Shown piece after piece: positions 31,383 through 41,934 of a DNA stretch of 64,000 bases. The notes beneath the pieces are model-generated. The model saw only the letters and a program-made list of their open reading frames with translations, made no database searches and had not been told where the DNA came from. The stretch is from Candidatus Dojkabacteria bacterium (GTDB taxonomy: Bacteria > Patescibacteriota > Dojkabacteria > SC72), in assembly GCA_040765985.1 (NCBI GenBank), contig JAXGRK010000001.1, positions 72,513 to 136,512 on the forward strand, given 5' to 3'. Position numbers and translations under genes: made by a program. Each line of letters starts with the position of its first letter. Within the stretch, counting starts at the first letter, position 1.

Positions 31383-31592
31383 CTACAGAAGAAGAATCAA
31401 AAATATTAAGAATTTGATTACTACCATCCCCATTCTTTTTTTCATTACTGTTAAATCCAAACATATATTGATAAATATATAAACTTAACTAGCTTAATAT
31501 ATTACATACCCTTTCTTAATGCAATCTTTTATGATAACTTAATATTAAGGTAACCTTCTCAATTTTAAAATGGAATTAAAAAACCAAGCCCT

Positions 31593-32147
31593 TTGGGTGA
31601 GAAAAAAACAAATGGACATAGTACTACAAGTAATATAATAAATAATAGTATAAGCAAACCATTTTTAAAAACGTATTTTCCTAAGATATTTGGGGATAGA
31701 TTCAATGGCTATTTCCAAAATATAAAACTGTATGTATCTACACATAAGGAGAGGGTAATAAATATATCTTTAATTGTAATACCCCTACTCATCTTAGCAA
31801 TCGTATTCATAGTAATACTTTCATATACCAGGTCACACCCATATCGACTTGCAGAAAGCTTTATTGAACTAATCGAAATAAAAGATGTCTCTAATGCTTA
31901 CGAACTTACATCTGATGCTTACAAAGCTGTAACAACAGAAAAACAGTTTAAGAAGGTGGTTGATAATCTAAATACCGTAGATATATCAAACAGGAAAATA
32001 AAGAGTAAAAGGATAGAAACACTTAAAGATATTGGACAGTATGCATACATTAGATACAAGGTATCTGGCTCATATCTAGATTTAGTAATATACAATGATA
32101 CTCTAGATTGGAGTGTACACAGTATACAACTTAGTCCAATTAAATAG
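31593..32147 (+). CDS. hypothetical membrane-anchored protein (single TM, small extracytoplasmic domain)
   Basis: ORF with TM ISLIVIPLLILAIVFIVILS. Start uncertain: TTG at 31593, or ATG at 31570 if the A7 run at 31602-31608 carries an indel. Confidence 0.4.
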   Translation: MGEKKTNGHSTTSNIINNSISKPFLKTYFPKIFGDRFNGYFQNIKLYVSTHKERVINISLIVIPLLILAIVFIVILSYTRSHPYRLAESFIELIEIKDVSNAYELTSDAYKAVTTEKQFKKVVDNLNTVDISNRKIKSKRIETLKDIGQYAYIRYKVSGSYLDLVIYNDTLDWSVHSIQLSPIK

Positions 32148-32266
32148 AGTATATAGCAGTAAATATTATTGAAATTTCACTTTGTATACAAAAGATATAA
32201 AATTACTCTAGGAATTTTTATATCAAGTGCTTATTCCTTTTCTTATTTAATATTCAACCTTTAGAA

Positions 32267-33066
32267 ATGTTAAAAAATCTATCAATACAATACAGTGCAT
32301 TGATTGTGTAGAAGGTATGAGAAAGTTGCCTGAAAACTCTATAGACCTTGTGGTAACATCCCCTCCTTATGACAGTATAAGAGATTATAAGGGATATACT
32401 TTTGATTTACATGCTACTGGAGAAGAGATATTTCGAGTATTAAAAGATGGAGGGATTGCTGTAATGGTAATTCAAGATCAAACACGTGATTTTGGAAAAT
32501 CATTAACATCATTTAAGAAAATCGTTGATTGGGTAGATAATATTGGTTTTAAATTATTTGAAACAGTAATATACAGAAAATATGGTACTGAAGGTGCTTG
32601 GTGGAAATATCGATTTAGAGTAGATCATGAATATATGCCAATTTTCATTAAGGGCAAGAAGCCATTATATTTTAACAAAGAACCACTAAAGATCCCTTCA
32701 AAACATGGAGGCAAAGTTATGACAGGCAGTGGAAATCGAAAAACTAATGGAGAAACAACTCAAACTGTAAAAAGAGCAATAAATGTTACTAAGTGTAGGG
32801 GAACTATTTGGGACTATTTGAATGCGGGAGATAAAGATGATTTAAAAAGAAAACATCCTGCTGTTTTTCCCGATAAAATTCCCTATGATTTTATTCAATG
32901 TTTTTGTCCTCCTGAAGGTATTGTACTAGACCCCTTTATTGGTAGCGGTTCAACTGCTGTAGCAGCAATCCAACTTAATAGAAAATATATTGGCTTCGAA
33001 ATTTCCCAAGAATATTGTGAGTTGGCTGAAGAGAGAATTCGCAGAACCCAACTAACTATGTTATAA
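32267..33066 (+). CDS. beta-class DNA methyltransferase (SPPY motif, N4-cytosine or N6-adenine); start displaced by an indel in an A6 run
   Basis: Motif IV DLVVTSPPY precedes motif I LDPFIGSGSTAVAA (beta permutation). ATG at 32267 joins the ORF frame if the A-run at 32272-32277 changes by 1 nt (MLKKSINTIQCIDCVEGMRKLP). Confidence 0.85.
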
Positions 33067-34077
33067 CATTTTATCAGGATATTCCAAAGTATACTCTATG
33101 TTATCCCCACTTGTCATAGCCCAAGTAACTGGCATTTTAGAGATAAATTCTTCGAAATTAAGATTATTCAACCTCTTTCTATCCCCTTTAAAATCCTTCT
33201 TTGTAAATTTATATAAATTCAGGTTACTCCAAGACCAACTACTATCCAAATAATCCCAACTTGTTAATCCCCCTAGCAGCTTCAAAAATTGAATTATCCT
33301 CTCAACTGCAGCTGATTCTATATCATATGTCTCCCCCTTTTTAATAATATTTGCCGGTTCCCCATTGGTCTCAGAGATTCTCAACCTATCTCCCCTTTCC
33401 CTCGCAATACTAATTTCATCCCTTTGTCTAAAAAAGTCATCCATAGATTTCATTAGTTTGATTACAGTATACTTCTCGTTCTCAAAAATATTTTTCAAAG
33501 GACTACCTTCCTCATCTGCCCTTAAATAATGGAACCAGTTTAGTACATTTTCGGGATACTTAAATAAAACATTAAAAGTACCATCTGTAAAAAGTAACGG
33601 ACAAATAGCAGTCTCAGGAATATCTAACGCAAATTTTGATCCAACAATTCCTAATAGCAAATGGATTGTTGCTAAAGGATATTTTAATCTAAAATCATTG
33701 TATCCGTCGTAGTTACGAAGATTATTTGGTTGTATACAATTTTGATAATTATCCCAATCTTCTAGCCGTTTTCTTTTATTAAACTGAACCATATGGTGAC
33801 CAACACTCTTAATATGTTTTCTAAAAACTTCCATATCTAAAAAAATACAATCTGAAGGCAGATATCCTTCCTCTAATAGCATGACCTTACCATCATAAAA
33901 TCCTTTAATGTTCCAACCCAAAACATTTGACATAAACAAACCACAAAGCAATCCATCACTATCTGGGCTAAGAATACAATTGTGGTCTCTCTCAATTATC
34001 CAAGGATAATCATTTACGATTTTTTTATAATCAATTACATCTATTTTATCTTTTAAAAGGTCCTGAATCTTTGACAT
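33061..34077 (-). CDS. hypothetical protein convergent with the methyltransferase; candidate restriction/effector partner with DHH-like motif order
   Basis: 338-aa intact ORF overlapping the MTase 3' end by 6 nt. Motifs SPDSDG (res 37-42), IFLD (78-81), GHH (93-95) occur in the order of DHH phosphoesterase motifs I-III. No recognised REase family. Confidence 0.35.
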   Translation of the reverse strand: MSKIQDLLKDKIDVIDYKKIVNDYPWIIERDHNCILSPDSDGLLCGLFMSNVLGWNIKGFYDGKVMLLEEGYLPSDCIFLDMEVFRKHIKSVGHHMVQFNKRKRLEDWDNYQNCIQPNNLRNYDGYNDFRLKYPLATIHLLLGIVGSKFALDIPETAICPLLFTDGTFNVLFKYPENVLNWFHYLRADEEGSPLKNIFENEKYTVIKLMKSMDDFFRQRDEISIARERGDRLRISETNGEPANIIKKGETYDIESAAVERIIQFLKLLGGLTSWDYLDSSWSWSNLNLYKFTKKDFKGDRKRLNNLNFEEFISKMPVTWAMTSGDNIEYTLEYPDKML

Positions 34078-34166
34078 CTATTTATTCTAAAAAAACAACT
34101 TATACCTTAAATAATTTTTATAACATCCAAAATAATCAGAGTTGATCTGGTCCGAATAACAAACAA

Positions 34167-34257
<91 letters not shown>

Positions 34258-34345
34258 AAACCAAAAGATTATATCACAAAGTAATTACAATCTATCTCCT
34301 AATTTGACTATGAGTATAGATATAACATATCATTTCTTAGTATAT

Positions 34346-35551
34346 ATGAAACTAATAATTGCCCTAAAAAATATAGTAATAGTATTTACTCTTTTAATAC
34401 TCTTCACATATCCACTCTTCGCTAAAGAGTTAGATTCGACCAATTACAAAATAGTAGGAGCTACTACAAAAGGTGGGGGATTAACTCAAACAACAGATGG
34501 AGATTACTCTGCTCTACTAGAAGTAGGCAGGATATCTAATAACCCAAGAAACTACTCAACAAGTTACAAACTATATACTAGTCCCGAAGAAGCATTTCTA
34601 CCAGCTGTTCCAGAAGTATCATGCTTTGAAACTACTACATCTGGGTCATCTAGCTGTACAACTGGACCCTCAGAGCTATCTACAGGAGGAATGGTTGCAA
34701 TATGTGGACCAAGTGGATGTTACAACAAAGCAAGATTTGAAATAGATACAAATGATAACCCAACAGATACACTCTATGCAGTTATGATATCCGAAGACAA
34801 CTTTGTATCAGATATTAGATATGTAGATGGAAGTAACTTTTGGCCAGAAACAATATCTACACATAACTTAAGTGATTTCCTAACTAAAACAGATTGGGAA
34901 ACAGAAGACTTTAATATACAAGGGTTACAATCAGGTACCACCTATTACATTAGAATATTTGCACTGCATGGAGACTTCACACAAACACAACCAGGACCAA
35001 TTGCAAGTGCAACAACCTCATCTGGCTCTGTATTTTTTGATATTGATATTGAGGATCAATATGGAGTATCTGCAGAGACATCCTCCCCCTACTCCATATC
35101 ATTTACAGGAGCATATGAACTTATAGGCGGATCTGCACCTGTGACTGCAGAAGATAGAGTATGGTTGGACGCAGGAACAAACTCACAAGGAGGTATGGCA
35201 GTAATTACCTACGGTATCAACGGAGGTCTAAAAAGTAATACTACTGGACAAACCATAGTATCAGCTACTGCAGATTTAAATACCGCTACTGATGGATTCG
35301 GACTACAAAGTGAATATACGAATCAAGATACATACTCATATTTAGGAACAATCTCTGCAACAACAGATTACAGTGGTACTGGTAACAGTGTTGGTATTGT
35401 GGGAACAACAGCAACTAAGGTATATGAATCTAGTACCCCAATATTTAACGGAAGAATGGCATTAAAAGTAATAGCCAAACCAGGTACCGATAAAGTCGCT
35501 GCAACAGACTATCAAGAGAGTGTCTATTTTATTTTAATTCCTAGATTTTAG
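34346..35551 (+). CDS. secreted beta-rich protein: SxNY repeats, FN3-like module, C-terminal WxL-like domain ending Y-x-E-x-V-Y-F-I
   Basis: Signal peptide MKLIIALKNIVIVFTLLILFTYPLFA. STNYKI / DGDYSA / STSYKL repeats. GLQSGTTYYIRIFALHG. RVWLDAG motif. C-terminus KVAATDYQESVYFILIPRF. Confidence 0.5.
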   Translation: MKLIIALKNIVIVFTLLILFTYPLFAKELDSTNYKIVGATTKGGGLTQTTDGDYSALLEVGRISNNPRNYSTSYKLYTSPEEAFLPAVPEVSCFETTTSGSSSCTTGPSELSTGGMVAICGPSGCYNKARFEIDTNDNPTDTLYAVMISEDNFVSDIRYVDGSNFWPETISTHNLSDFLTKTDWETEDFNIQGLQSGTTYYIRIFALHGDFTQTQPGPIASATTSSGSVFFDIDIEDQYGVSAETSSPYSISFTGAYELIGGSAPVTAEDRVWLDAGTNSQGGMAVITYGINGGLKSNTTGQTIVSATADLNTATDGFGLQSEYTNQDTYSYLGTISATTDYSGTGNSVGIVGTTATKVYESSTPIFNGRMALKVIAKPGTDKVAATDYQESVYFILIPRF

Positions 35552-35554
35552 CTA

Positions 35555-35583
35555 TTGACAAGAAAACAAAATGCTTGTAATCT
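35555..35583 (+). promoter_or_regulatory. candidate promoter TTGACA-N17-TAATCT upstream of the 35628 gene
   Basis: TTGACA at 35555-35560 and TAATCT at 35578-35583, read directly. Confidence 0.3.
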
Positions 35584-35627
35584 CTAATATAGTAAAAGAG
35601 TAAATATTAAATTTTTATTCTGCCCTA

Positions 35628-36755
35628 GTGAAAAAAATCTCGTCTCTACTTAAATACTTACTACCCACATCGGTTCTAGTATTCTTTATATCCTTTATAT
35701 TACTTTCAACTACACAGGCAGCTACCCTATCTGCGGTATATCTATTTATGAGCAGATTGAAGATTGATTTAGACGGTGTAACAGCTGGAGAGACCGTAGA
35801 AATGATTTTGGCAATTGATACTGCAAGTAGTGTTTCAAGTGGTGGAACTATAACAATAGAATTCCCTGATGCAGAGGATGGATTCTGGTGTAGAGCTACT
35901 GGAGCATTAACGGTTGTCACTCAAGCTTCTTCCGCTGCTGATTTAAGTGGTACAAACTGGCAAATAGATAGCGGATTACCTAAGTCAGGAACCGCCTTAG
36001 CTGCTAGTTGTACCCCTGGCGCAGGAGCTGGTACTGTTGACACTATAACCATCACTAATGTTGGTGCGCTTACTGCTGCTACTACCTACGGTGTAAAGCT
36101 ATCTAACGGTACTGCTGCTGGAGTACTTGGAACCGATGATACAGCTGGAGAGCATGTAATTACAGTTAATGCCAACTATGGTGGAGCACCAATAGATTCT
36201 AAATCTTTTAAGATATATTTAGTGTCTGACGATGTTGTTATTGTTCAAGCAACTGTTTCTGCAGTTCCCACAGTTGTGTGTACAATTAGCTCTAACTCAG
36301 TCAATCTTGGAACTCTTTATCCTGGAGGTGCTTACGCAACAGGAACTCATACAATTAGTACATCAACAACAAGTAATGGATATTACTGGGCAGTATACGG
36401 TACAGGTGATGGTGCAACCGATGCAGGACTGTATAATAGTACAACACTGATACCATCTGGTGCTACAGCAACTCTCGATCTTACAAATGCAGCAATATAT
36501 GGCTTTGGAATGACACTATCTGATCCTGATTCAACAGACCCTGCTACTGTAACAACAAATTTTGTTGATACAACTGCAGGCACTTTTGGTACCATTGATC
36601 GACTCTACTCTGGAGCCAAGATGGTCCTTTATCAAAATGGTACACAAGCAAGTGCAGAACCATCTACAGTAACCTATGGAGCTAAGGCCCAAGCAGCTGC
36701 TACCCCAGGTACCTATTATGAGTACGTATACTTTATTTGTGGTGGTTACTACTAG
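35628..36755 (+). CDS. secreted Thr/Ala/Gly-rich beta protein with the same C-terminal strand motif (WxL-like / pilin-like)
   Basis: GTG start. Signal peptide MKKISSLLKYLLPTSVLVFFISFILLSTTQA. YYWAVYG motif. C-terminus QAAATPGTYYEYVYFICGGYY. Visibly GC-richer than its neighbours. Confidence 0.5.
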   Translation: MKKISSLLKYLLPTSVLVFFISFILLSTTQAATLSAVYLFMSRLKIDLDGVTAGETVEMILAIDTASSVSSGGTITIEFPDAEDGFWCRATGALTVVTQASSAADLSGTNWQIDSGLPKSGTALAASCTPGAGAGTVDTITITNVGALTAATTYGVKLSNGTAAGVLGTDDTAGEHVITVNANYGGAPIDSKSFKIYLVSDDVVIVQATVSAVPTVVCTISSNSVNLGTLYPGGAYATGTHTISTSTTSNGYYWAVYGTGDGATDAGLYNSTTLIPSGATATLDLTNAAIYGFGMTLSDPDSTDPATVTTNFVDTTAGTFGTIDRLYSGAKMVLYQNGTQASAEPSTVTYGAKAQAAATPGTYYEYVYFICGGYY

Positions 36756-36776
36756 TTTCTTGTATAATACTTGAAC

Positions 36777-37724
36777 ATGACAATTAGGTTAGAGAAATAT
36801 AAAGGAATAGTATTACTGCCAATATTAATACTTCTTCTAAGTGTATGCCCTTCTTTTGCACAAAATGAATTATCAATTGGTGTTGCTCCAACTTCTAAAA
36901 CATTAAAAATGTCCCCAGGAGAAACGTATTCAGATGAAATTGTATTCTGGAACCTTTCTCAAACAGGAGATACGTACAAGATATTTATCAGTGGATTTGA
37001 ACAAATTGAAAACCAACCTGGTACAGCAATAATTCTTACTCCAGAAGATGACGCGAAGGCACTCTACTCCGCTTCAAAATGGTTTACTGTAGACCAAGAA
37101 TATATATTTCTAGAACCAAACAAAAATACAAAGTTAAAATATACAATTACAGTTCCCCAAGATACAACGAACGGAGAATTTAATGCTGAAATATTCTTAA
37201 TATCAGAATCTGATTCTAACCAACAAACAACAGCTACCTTTACAAATCTAGCTGCAGGTACTCCTTTTTTAATACAAATTGGAGATGAGTTTGTAGAGAA
37301 TGCAGAGCTATTAAGATTTATATCAGATAAAAAAACTTACGAAAGAATTAATGTCAAATTCTTAACTCACATCAAAAACCTAGGAGATACGCATATTACA
37401 CCAACAGGAGAAATTGTTATTGAAAATATATTTAGACAGGAAGTAGCAAGGATACCTTTTAACAAAAACGACCAAAGCTTACTAAGAGATACCAATGGTA
37501 ATTATGAAGATATATGGCTACAATCAAGTTATCTATCTCCAAACAATGCAATCGCTCTTGGACCACTTAAGGCCAAATTACTTGTTACATACAGAAGTTT
37601 TCAACCTGGTTTTGCAGTTTTAAATGCCGAAACTACATTTTGGATCATACCTTGGAAGCTAATAATTGTAATTACAGCCCTCGTTCTTCTTGCTATAATA
37701 TTTAGAACAATTAGAAAAAAATAG
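36777..37724 (+). CDS. signal-peptide + C-terminal-TM Ig-like surface protein (DUF916/DUF3324-like architecture)
   Basis: SP MTIRLEKYKGIVLLPILILLLSVCPSFA. KMSPGETYSDEIVFWNLSQTGDTYKI and WFTVDQEYIFLEPNKNTKLKYTITVPQDTTNGEFNAEIFLISE. C-terminal TM ALVLLAIIF followed by RTIRKK. Confidence 0.5.
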   Translation: MTIRLEKYKGIVLLPILILLLSVCPSFAQNELSIGVAPTSKTLKMSPGETYSDEIVFWNLSQTGDTYKIFISGFEQIENQPGTAIILTPEDDAKALYSASKWFTVDQEYIFLEPNKNTKLKYTITVPQDTTNGEFNAEIFLISESDSNQQTTATFTNLAAGTPFLIQIGDEFVENAELLRFISDKKTYERINVKFLTHIKNLGDTHITPTGEIVIENIFRQEVARIPFNKNDQSLLRDTNGNYEDIWLQSSYLSPNNAIALGPLKAKLLVTYRSFQPGFAVLNAETTFWIIPWKLIIVITALVLLAIIFRTIRKK

Positions 37725-37736
37725 CAAAAAAGAACT

Positions 37737-38627
37737 ATGAAAAGCGTTAAAATACTCATAACATTACTCCTTCTGTATACCTTCTTGGGTATATCCCCTA
37801 TTCTAGCAAGTAGTATTGAACCAGGCATCTCTAGAATATCTCTTTCTCAAGGTGAAAGAAAATATAATTCTGTAATATTTAATAATACAGAAGATCAAGA
37901 TTTGGAAGTAACTATTACCCCTTATGCATATAATCCTAAAACAGATGAACTTTCTGAAGATAAAAAATACATATTCATCAAATCAGATACAGATTCTATA
38001 AAGGTAAAAGCTAATCAAACTTACGAAATCAAATATGAGGTTTTTCCAATTCAAAATCTTTCAGATGGTACATACTTTAATATACTTTCGATTACCCCTA
38101 AAATTAAAAATGAGAATGTAAGCATCAACAGTAGCATTGCCCAATTAGTAATATTAGATGTTGTAAGTGCCCAAGATCAAGTTAAGGGTATAGTAACTAC
38201 ACAATACTCAACTAATATTGAAATTGTAAATAAAGGAATCCCTTTTATAACACCCCTTACATTAAAAATCTCTATTACCAATAATTCAAATTATGTATTA
38301 ACCCCACAAGGGAGAATAGATATATTTAACGAAAAGAATACTTACAAACCAATTTACACCTACTTAAATGAAGAAAAAGAAGAAATATATCCAGGAGAAA
38401 CATTTGAAGAAGATGTAGAAATAAAAGGATGGTATGTAACAGACCTATTCTTAGAAAGAATTGCCAAAGGAGAGATATATAACGGGATAGATAATAATCC
38501 TCAGTATGTAGAAATAGAAGTAAACAATTTTGTACTTGAGTTATCAATTGCCTTCACAGCACTGACATTAGCAATTCTTTTAATAAAATCTCTCAAACAA
38601 GATATTAAAAAGAAACATACAAACTAA
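37737..38627 (+). CDS. paralogous signal-peptide + C-terminal-TM Ig-like surface protein
   Basis: SP MKSVKILITLLLLYTFLGISPILA. SLSQGERKYNSVIFNNTEDQDLEVTI, VKANQTYEIKYEVFPIQNLSDGTYFNILSITP. TM LSIAFTALTLAILLI followed by KSLKQDIKKKHTN. Confidence 0.5.
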   Translation: MKSVKILITLLLLYTFLGISPILASSIEPGISRISLSQGERKYNSVIFNNTEDQDLEVTITPYAYNPKTDELSEDKKYIFIKSDTDSIKVKANQTYEIKYEVFPIQNLSDGTYFNILSITPKIKNENVSINSSIAQLVILDVVSAQDQVKGIVTTQYSTNIEIVNKGIPFITPLTLKISITNNSNYVLTPQGRIDIFNEKNTYKPIYTYLNEEKEEIYPGETFEEDVEIKGWYVTDLFLERIAKGEIYNGIDNNPQYVEIEVNNFVLELSIAFTALTLAILLIKSLKQDIKKKHTN

Positions 38628-39517
38628 CCTAACACATCTTTGGTAGTTTTAAAACTAACTTTAGCAACCTTTTCTAATTCCTTTTTTCCGTATCTTGAAA
38701 CAAAAAGTTTTGCATTATCTATAACATTAGACGCACCTTTAGGAAATACAAAATCATACTCTTTGTTCATCTTCTCCCACTCCTTTACAAATATACCTCT
38801 TGCAATTACAGAAGCACACGCTACAGCTACATCTGATTCTCCTTTATGATACTGTACAACCTCATACTTTCTTCCATACTCACCTAATTCATTCGTTATT
38901 CTACTCTTTGCAGATGAAAACTGATCTATAACAATATGGTTACACACGATACCCTTACTCTCTAAATCTTTAATACCATTTTCAATTACAATAGAATGCT
39001 GTTTAGCAAGAAGTAAAGATGCGTTTTTGTATTTAATAGTCATCTTATTGTACTCTTTGGGATGTACAATTGAAGAGTAGTAGTACGGATAATCTTTAAC
39101 AGTATCAAAGAGTTTAGATATTCTTTTATCAGAAAACTTCTTTGAATCCCCAAATCCCAATATTTTTACCTTTTTATAAAACTCCTCTGTAACAAAACAA
39201 CTTACTACAACTAAAGGTCCAAAGTAATCACCCTTCCCTACTTCATCTACACCCATATGTGGCTTGAACTCATTATCTTCACTACTCTCTTCTTGCTTGA
39301 ACGTAGATATTACACTTGTAAAATCCTCTTTACCCTGAAATACCAACTTACCACTAAAATACATAATAGCTATAGAGCCCTGAGGACTTCTTAATCTAAA
39401 TACAACATACTGGCTACTATCAAACTCTTCTGCCCAGTTTAGTGCCAAAAGAGAGTCTTTCACCTTTTCAAATTCATCCTGTTTAAGTTCTAATGTAAAT
39501 GTGTTTTGATTACTCAT
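38624..39517 (-). CDS. rnhC: ribonuclease HIII
   Basis: N-terminal TBP-like domain, then GVDEVGKGDYFGPLVVV RNase HII/HIII catalytic motif. Confidence 0.8.
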   Translation of the reverse strand: MSNQNTFTLELKQDEFEKVKDSLLALNWAEEFDSSQYVVFRLRSPQGSIAIMYFSGKLVFQGKEDFTSVISTFKQEESSEDNEFKPHMGVDEVGKGDYFGPLVVVSCFVTEEFYKKVKILGFGDSKKFSDKRISKLFDTVKDYPYYYSSIVHPKEYNKMTIKYKNASLLLAKQHSIVIENGIKDLESKGIVCNHIVIDQFSSAKSRITNELGEYGRKYEVVQYHKGESDVAVACASVIARGIFVKEWEKMNKEYDFVFPKGASNVIDNAKLFVSRYGKKELEKVAKVSFKTTKDVLG

Positions 39518-40950
39518 ACTCTTTGAATAGTTTGACCGTTAGCTGTATCCATAACTCTAAAACCCTTTTGCATAATTAAATCTCTTAATCTATCACCTTC
39601 AGCAAAGTCCCCATTCTCCCTTGCCTCTTTACGAAGAGATAAAAGCTCTTCAATCTCACTATCATACTCTTTACTAATACCCTGTTTAAGATTTAGTCCC
39701 AACACCTTATCATATTCATATATGGTAGCTAATATGTCACCTCTCGGATACTCTGATTTTAGCAATTCATTTATCAATCTAAATACACCAGACATATTTA
39801 AATTATTCTCTAACTCCTCCTTAAACTTTTTAATATACTCCTCTATTACATTACCACTATCACTCCCTAACTCCTCTAACTTTCTTAAGAGAGCCAATCG
39901 AGACGCTCTAGCACCCTTTAGGCCATCTACAGAGTACGCTATTCGTGTTCTGTAATTGATAGAGACAAATAGGTATCTAACATCCATAGGTTCGAATCCG
40001 AGATCAATAACCTGTGGAAGAGTTTCGGCCCCAGAGCTCTTAGATAGCTTGCTATCCTCTTTTGAAACTAACCACTCATTGTGTAACCAATATTTAACAG
40101 AGGGATGACCGTATGTACCTATATTTTGAGCTCTTTCATTTGTATGGTGAACAGGAATATGATCTACACCACCAGTATGGATATCAAACTTCTCACCCAA
40201 GATACTTGTCCCCATTGCAGAACACTCAATATGCCACCCTGGAAACCCGTCTCCCCATGGAGAAGGCCAATTCATAATATGGTTTTCATATTTACCTACT
40301 CTTTTCATCCATAAAACAAAATCAGCAGGATTCTTTTTCTCTGGGTCTACATTTACTTCATCTCTAACACCTATCTCTTTCTCACTTAACTCTTGACCTG
40401 TAAATATATTGTAATCAGAAAGCTTACTAACATCAAAATATACCGCCTGTTTAGTCTCATATGTATATCCATTCTTCTCAATCCTTTTAATCATTTCAAT
40501 TATCTGATTAACAAAGTTGGAAGCCCTACTCCAACCGTATCTCTCTACATCTTTGTATGTTAAATCGTGAGGGATACTCTGACCACAGGGAGCTAATATA
40601 TTTAAATCCCTAAAATCATTTAATACGCTATCTATATATTTATTCGCTATATCAATAGGTTGTATACCCTCTCTTTGGGCCTGCCTATCCATCTTGTCTT
40701 CTCCAAAGTCACTACCGAAATCATCAGTAGAGGACATATGGCCAACATCTGTAATATTCATTACTCTGTTTACTTTGTATCCAAGGTAAACAAGTGCTCT
40801 GTGCAGTACATCCCAGTTAATATATGCTCTAATATTTCCAATATGCATTCTAAAATATACTGTAGGTCCACAGCTATATATAGAGATTTCATCCTTTTTA
40901 ATCGTCTCTATCTCAACTACTTTTCTATCAATTGTTGAATACAGTTTCAT
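39514..40950 (-). CDS. cysS: cysteine--tRNA ligase
   Basis: CGPTVYFRMHIGN (HIGH), WPSPWGDGFPGWHIEC, KLSKS (KMSKS). Confidence 0.95.
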   Translation of the reverse strand: MKLYSTIDRKVVEIETIKKDEISIYSCGPTVYFRMHIGNIRAYINWDVLHRALVYLGYKVNRVMNITDVGHMSSTDDFGSDFGEDKMDRQAQREGIQPIDIANKYIDSVLNDFRDLNILAPCGQSIPHDLTYKDVERYGWSRASNFVNQIIEMIKRIEKNGYTYETKQAVYFDVSKLSDYNIFTGQELSEKEIGVRDEVNVDPEKKNPADFVLWMKRVGKYENHIMNWPSPWGDGFPGWHIECSAMGTSILGEKFDIHTGGVDHIPVHHTNERAQNIGTYGHPSVKYWLHNEWLVSKEDSKLSKSSGAETLPQVIDLGFEPMDVRYLFVSINYRTRIAYSVDGLKGARASRLALLRKLEELGSDSGNVIEEYIKKFKEELENNLNMSGVFRLINELLKSEYPRGDILATIYEYDKVLGLNLKQGISKEYDSEIEELLSLRKEARENGDFAEGDRLRDLIMQKGFRVMDTANGQTIQRV

Positions 40951-40962
40951 ACTCTTTTTTAC

Positions 40963-41588
40963 TTAAATATCTCTTCTTCCCTCTAGTGCTCTCTTTAATG
41001 TTAATCTATCTGCATACTCTAAATCTGCACCCGTTGGAAGACCCATTGCTAATCTAGATATATGTATTTTACCCTCTTTTACATAACTATTAAATATATC
41101 CAATATGTAACTTGCAGTTGCCTCACCCTCTAAACTTGGGTTAGTAGCAACAATTAGCTCTATACTACTCTCACTTTCATTCATTGCTGATTTAACTCTT
41201 TCTTCTAACTCCTTAAATCTTAACTCGGAAGCAGTAATTCCCTCAGCTGGAGATATTACACCTCCTAATACAAAGTACAGGCCGTTAAATATCCCAGAGT
41301 TCTCAAATGCGATAACATCCAATGGTTCTTCAACAATACATATTTTACTGTGATCTCTTTGAGGGCTATCACATATATCACAAATCTCTTTATCAGTAAC
41401 ATTAAAACAGGATATACAAAACTTTGTCTTCTCATCCATCTCTAAAAGAGATTGGCCTAACTTACTCGCATCCTTGTTTGGAGACCTTAAAAATGATATG
41501 TCATTCTTGCAGCAGACTTAGGTCCAACACCTGGAAGTTTACTGAATTCATTTATTACATTTTCAACAGATTTGGGAAGTACAGACAT
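40963..41588 (-). CDS. recR: recombination protein RecR, frameshift in a T5 run (plus-strand A5 at 41489-41493)
   Basis: ATG at 41588 gives MSVLPKSVENVINEFSKLPGVGPKSAARMTYHF (HhH). Adding one T restores ...HFLRSPNKDASKLGQSLLEMDEKTKFCISCFN (Zn finger), followed by the Toprim domain. Confidence 0.85.
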
Positions 41589-41615
41589 ATTAACCTAACA
41601 TTCCTTTTATCTGAT

Positions 41616-41888
41616 CTAAATCAATATCTTGTGCCATCTCTCTTTGTAATCTTTTTGATAATCTTTGAATGCCTCTTTCATATCTTTCTTAAATCTATCT
41701 AACATATCAATATCCATTAGGTTATCATCTATCCATACATCTTCAAACTCCTGAGCTCCATTCATAAAGATTTTTAACATTCCATCTTTGGATTCTCCAG
41801 ATATTTTCTTCTCCCTTAACCTATTCTGCATCTTTTTTGCCTCCATCTGCATCTTAATTAACTCTTTGGGGTTTAACATAGCTACCAT
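41616..41888 (-). CDS. ybaB: YbaB/EbfC nucleoid-associated protein
   Basis: 90 aa, KMQMEAKKMQNRLRE...GMLKIFMNGAQEFEDVWID pattern. dnaX-ybaB-recR synteny. Confidence 0.75.
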   Translation of the reverse strand: MVAMLNPKELIKMQMEAKKMQNRLREKKISGESKDGMLKIFMNGAQEFEDVWIDDNLMDIDMLDRFKKDMKEAFKDYQKDYKERWHKILI

Positions 41889-41934
41889 AGATAAAAATTA
41901 AATATATACACCTGGATTATACATAATATCAATA

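Noticed and set aside
31383-31470. Small ORF (MFGFNSNEKKNGDGSNQILNIFDSSSVDEFIEALKKRFNKNIGRRD) overlapping the start of the CDP-alcohol phosphatidyltransferase.
   Set aside because: It could be an N-terminal extension displaced by yet another indel, or it could be noise. There are no supporting motifs, so it is not called.
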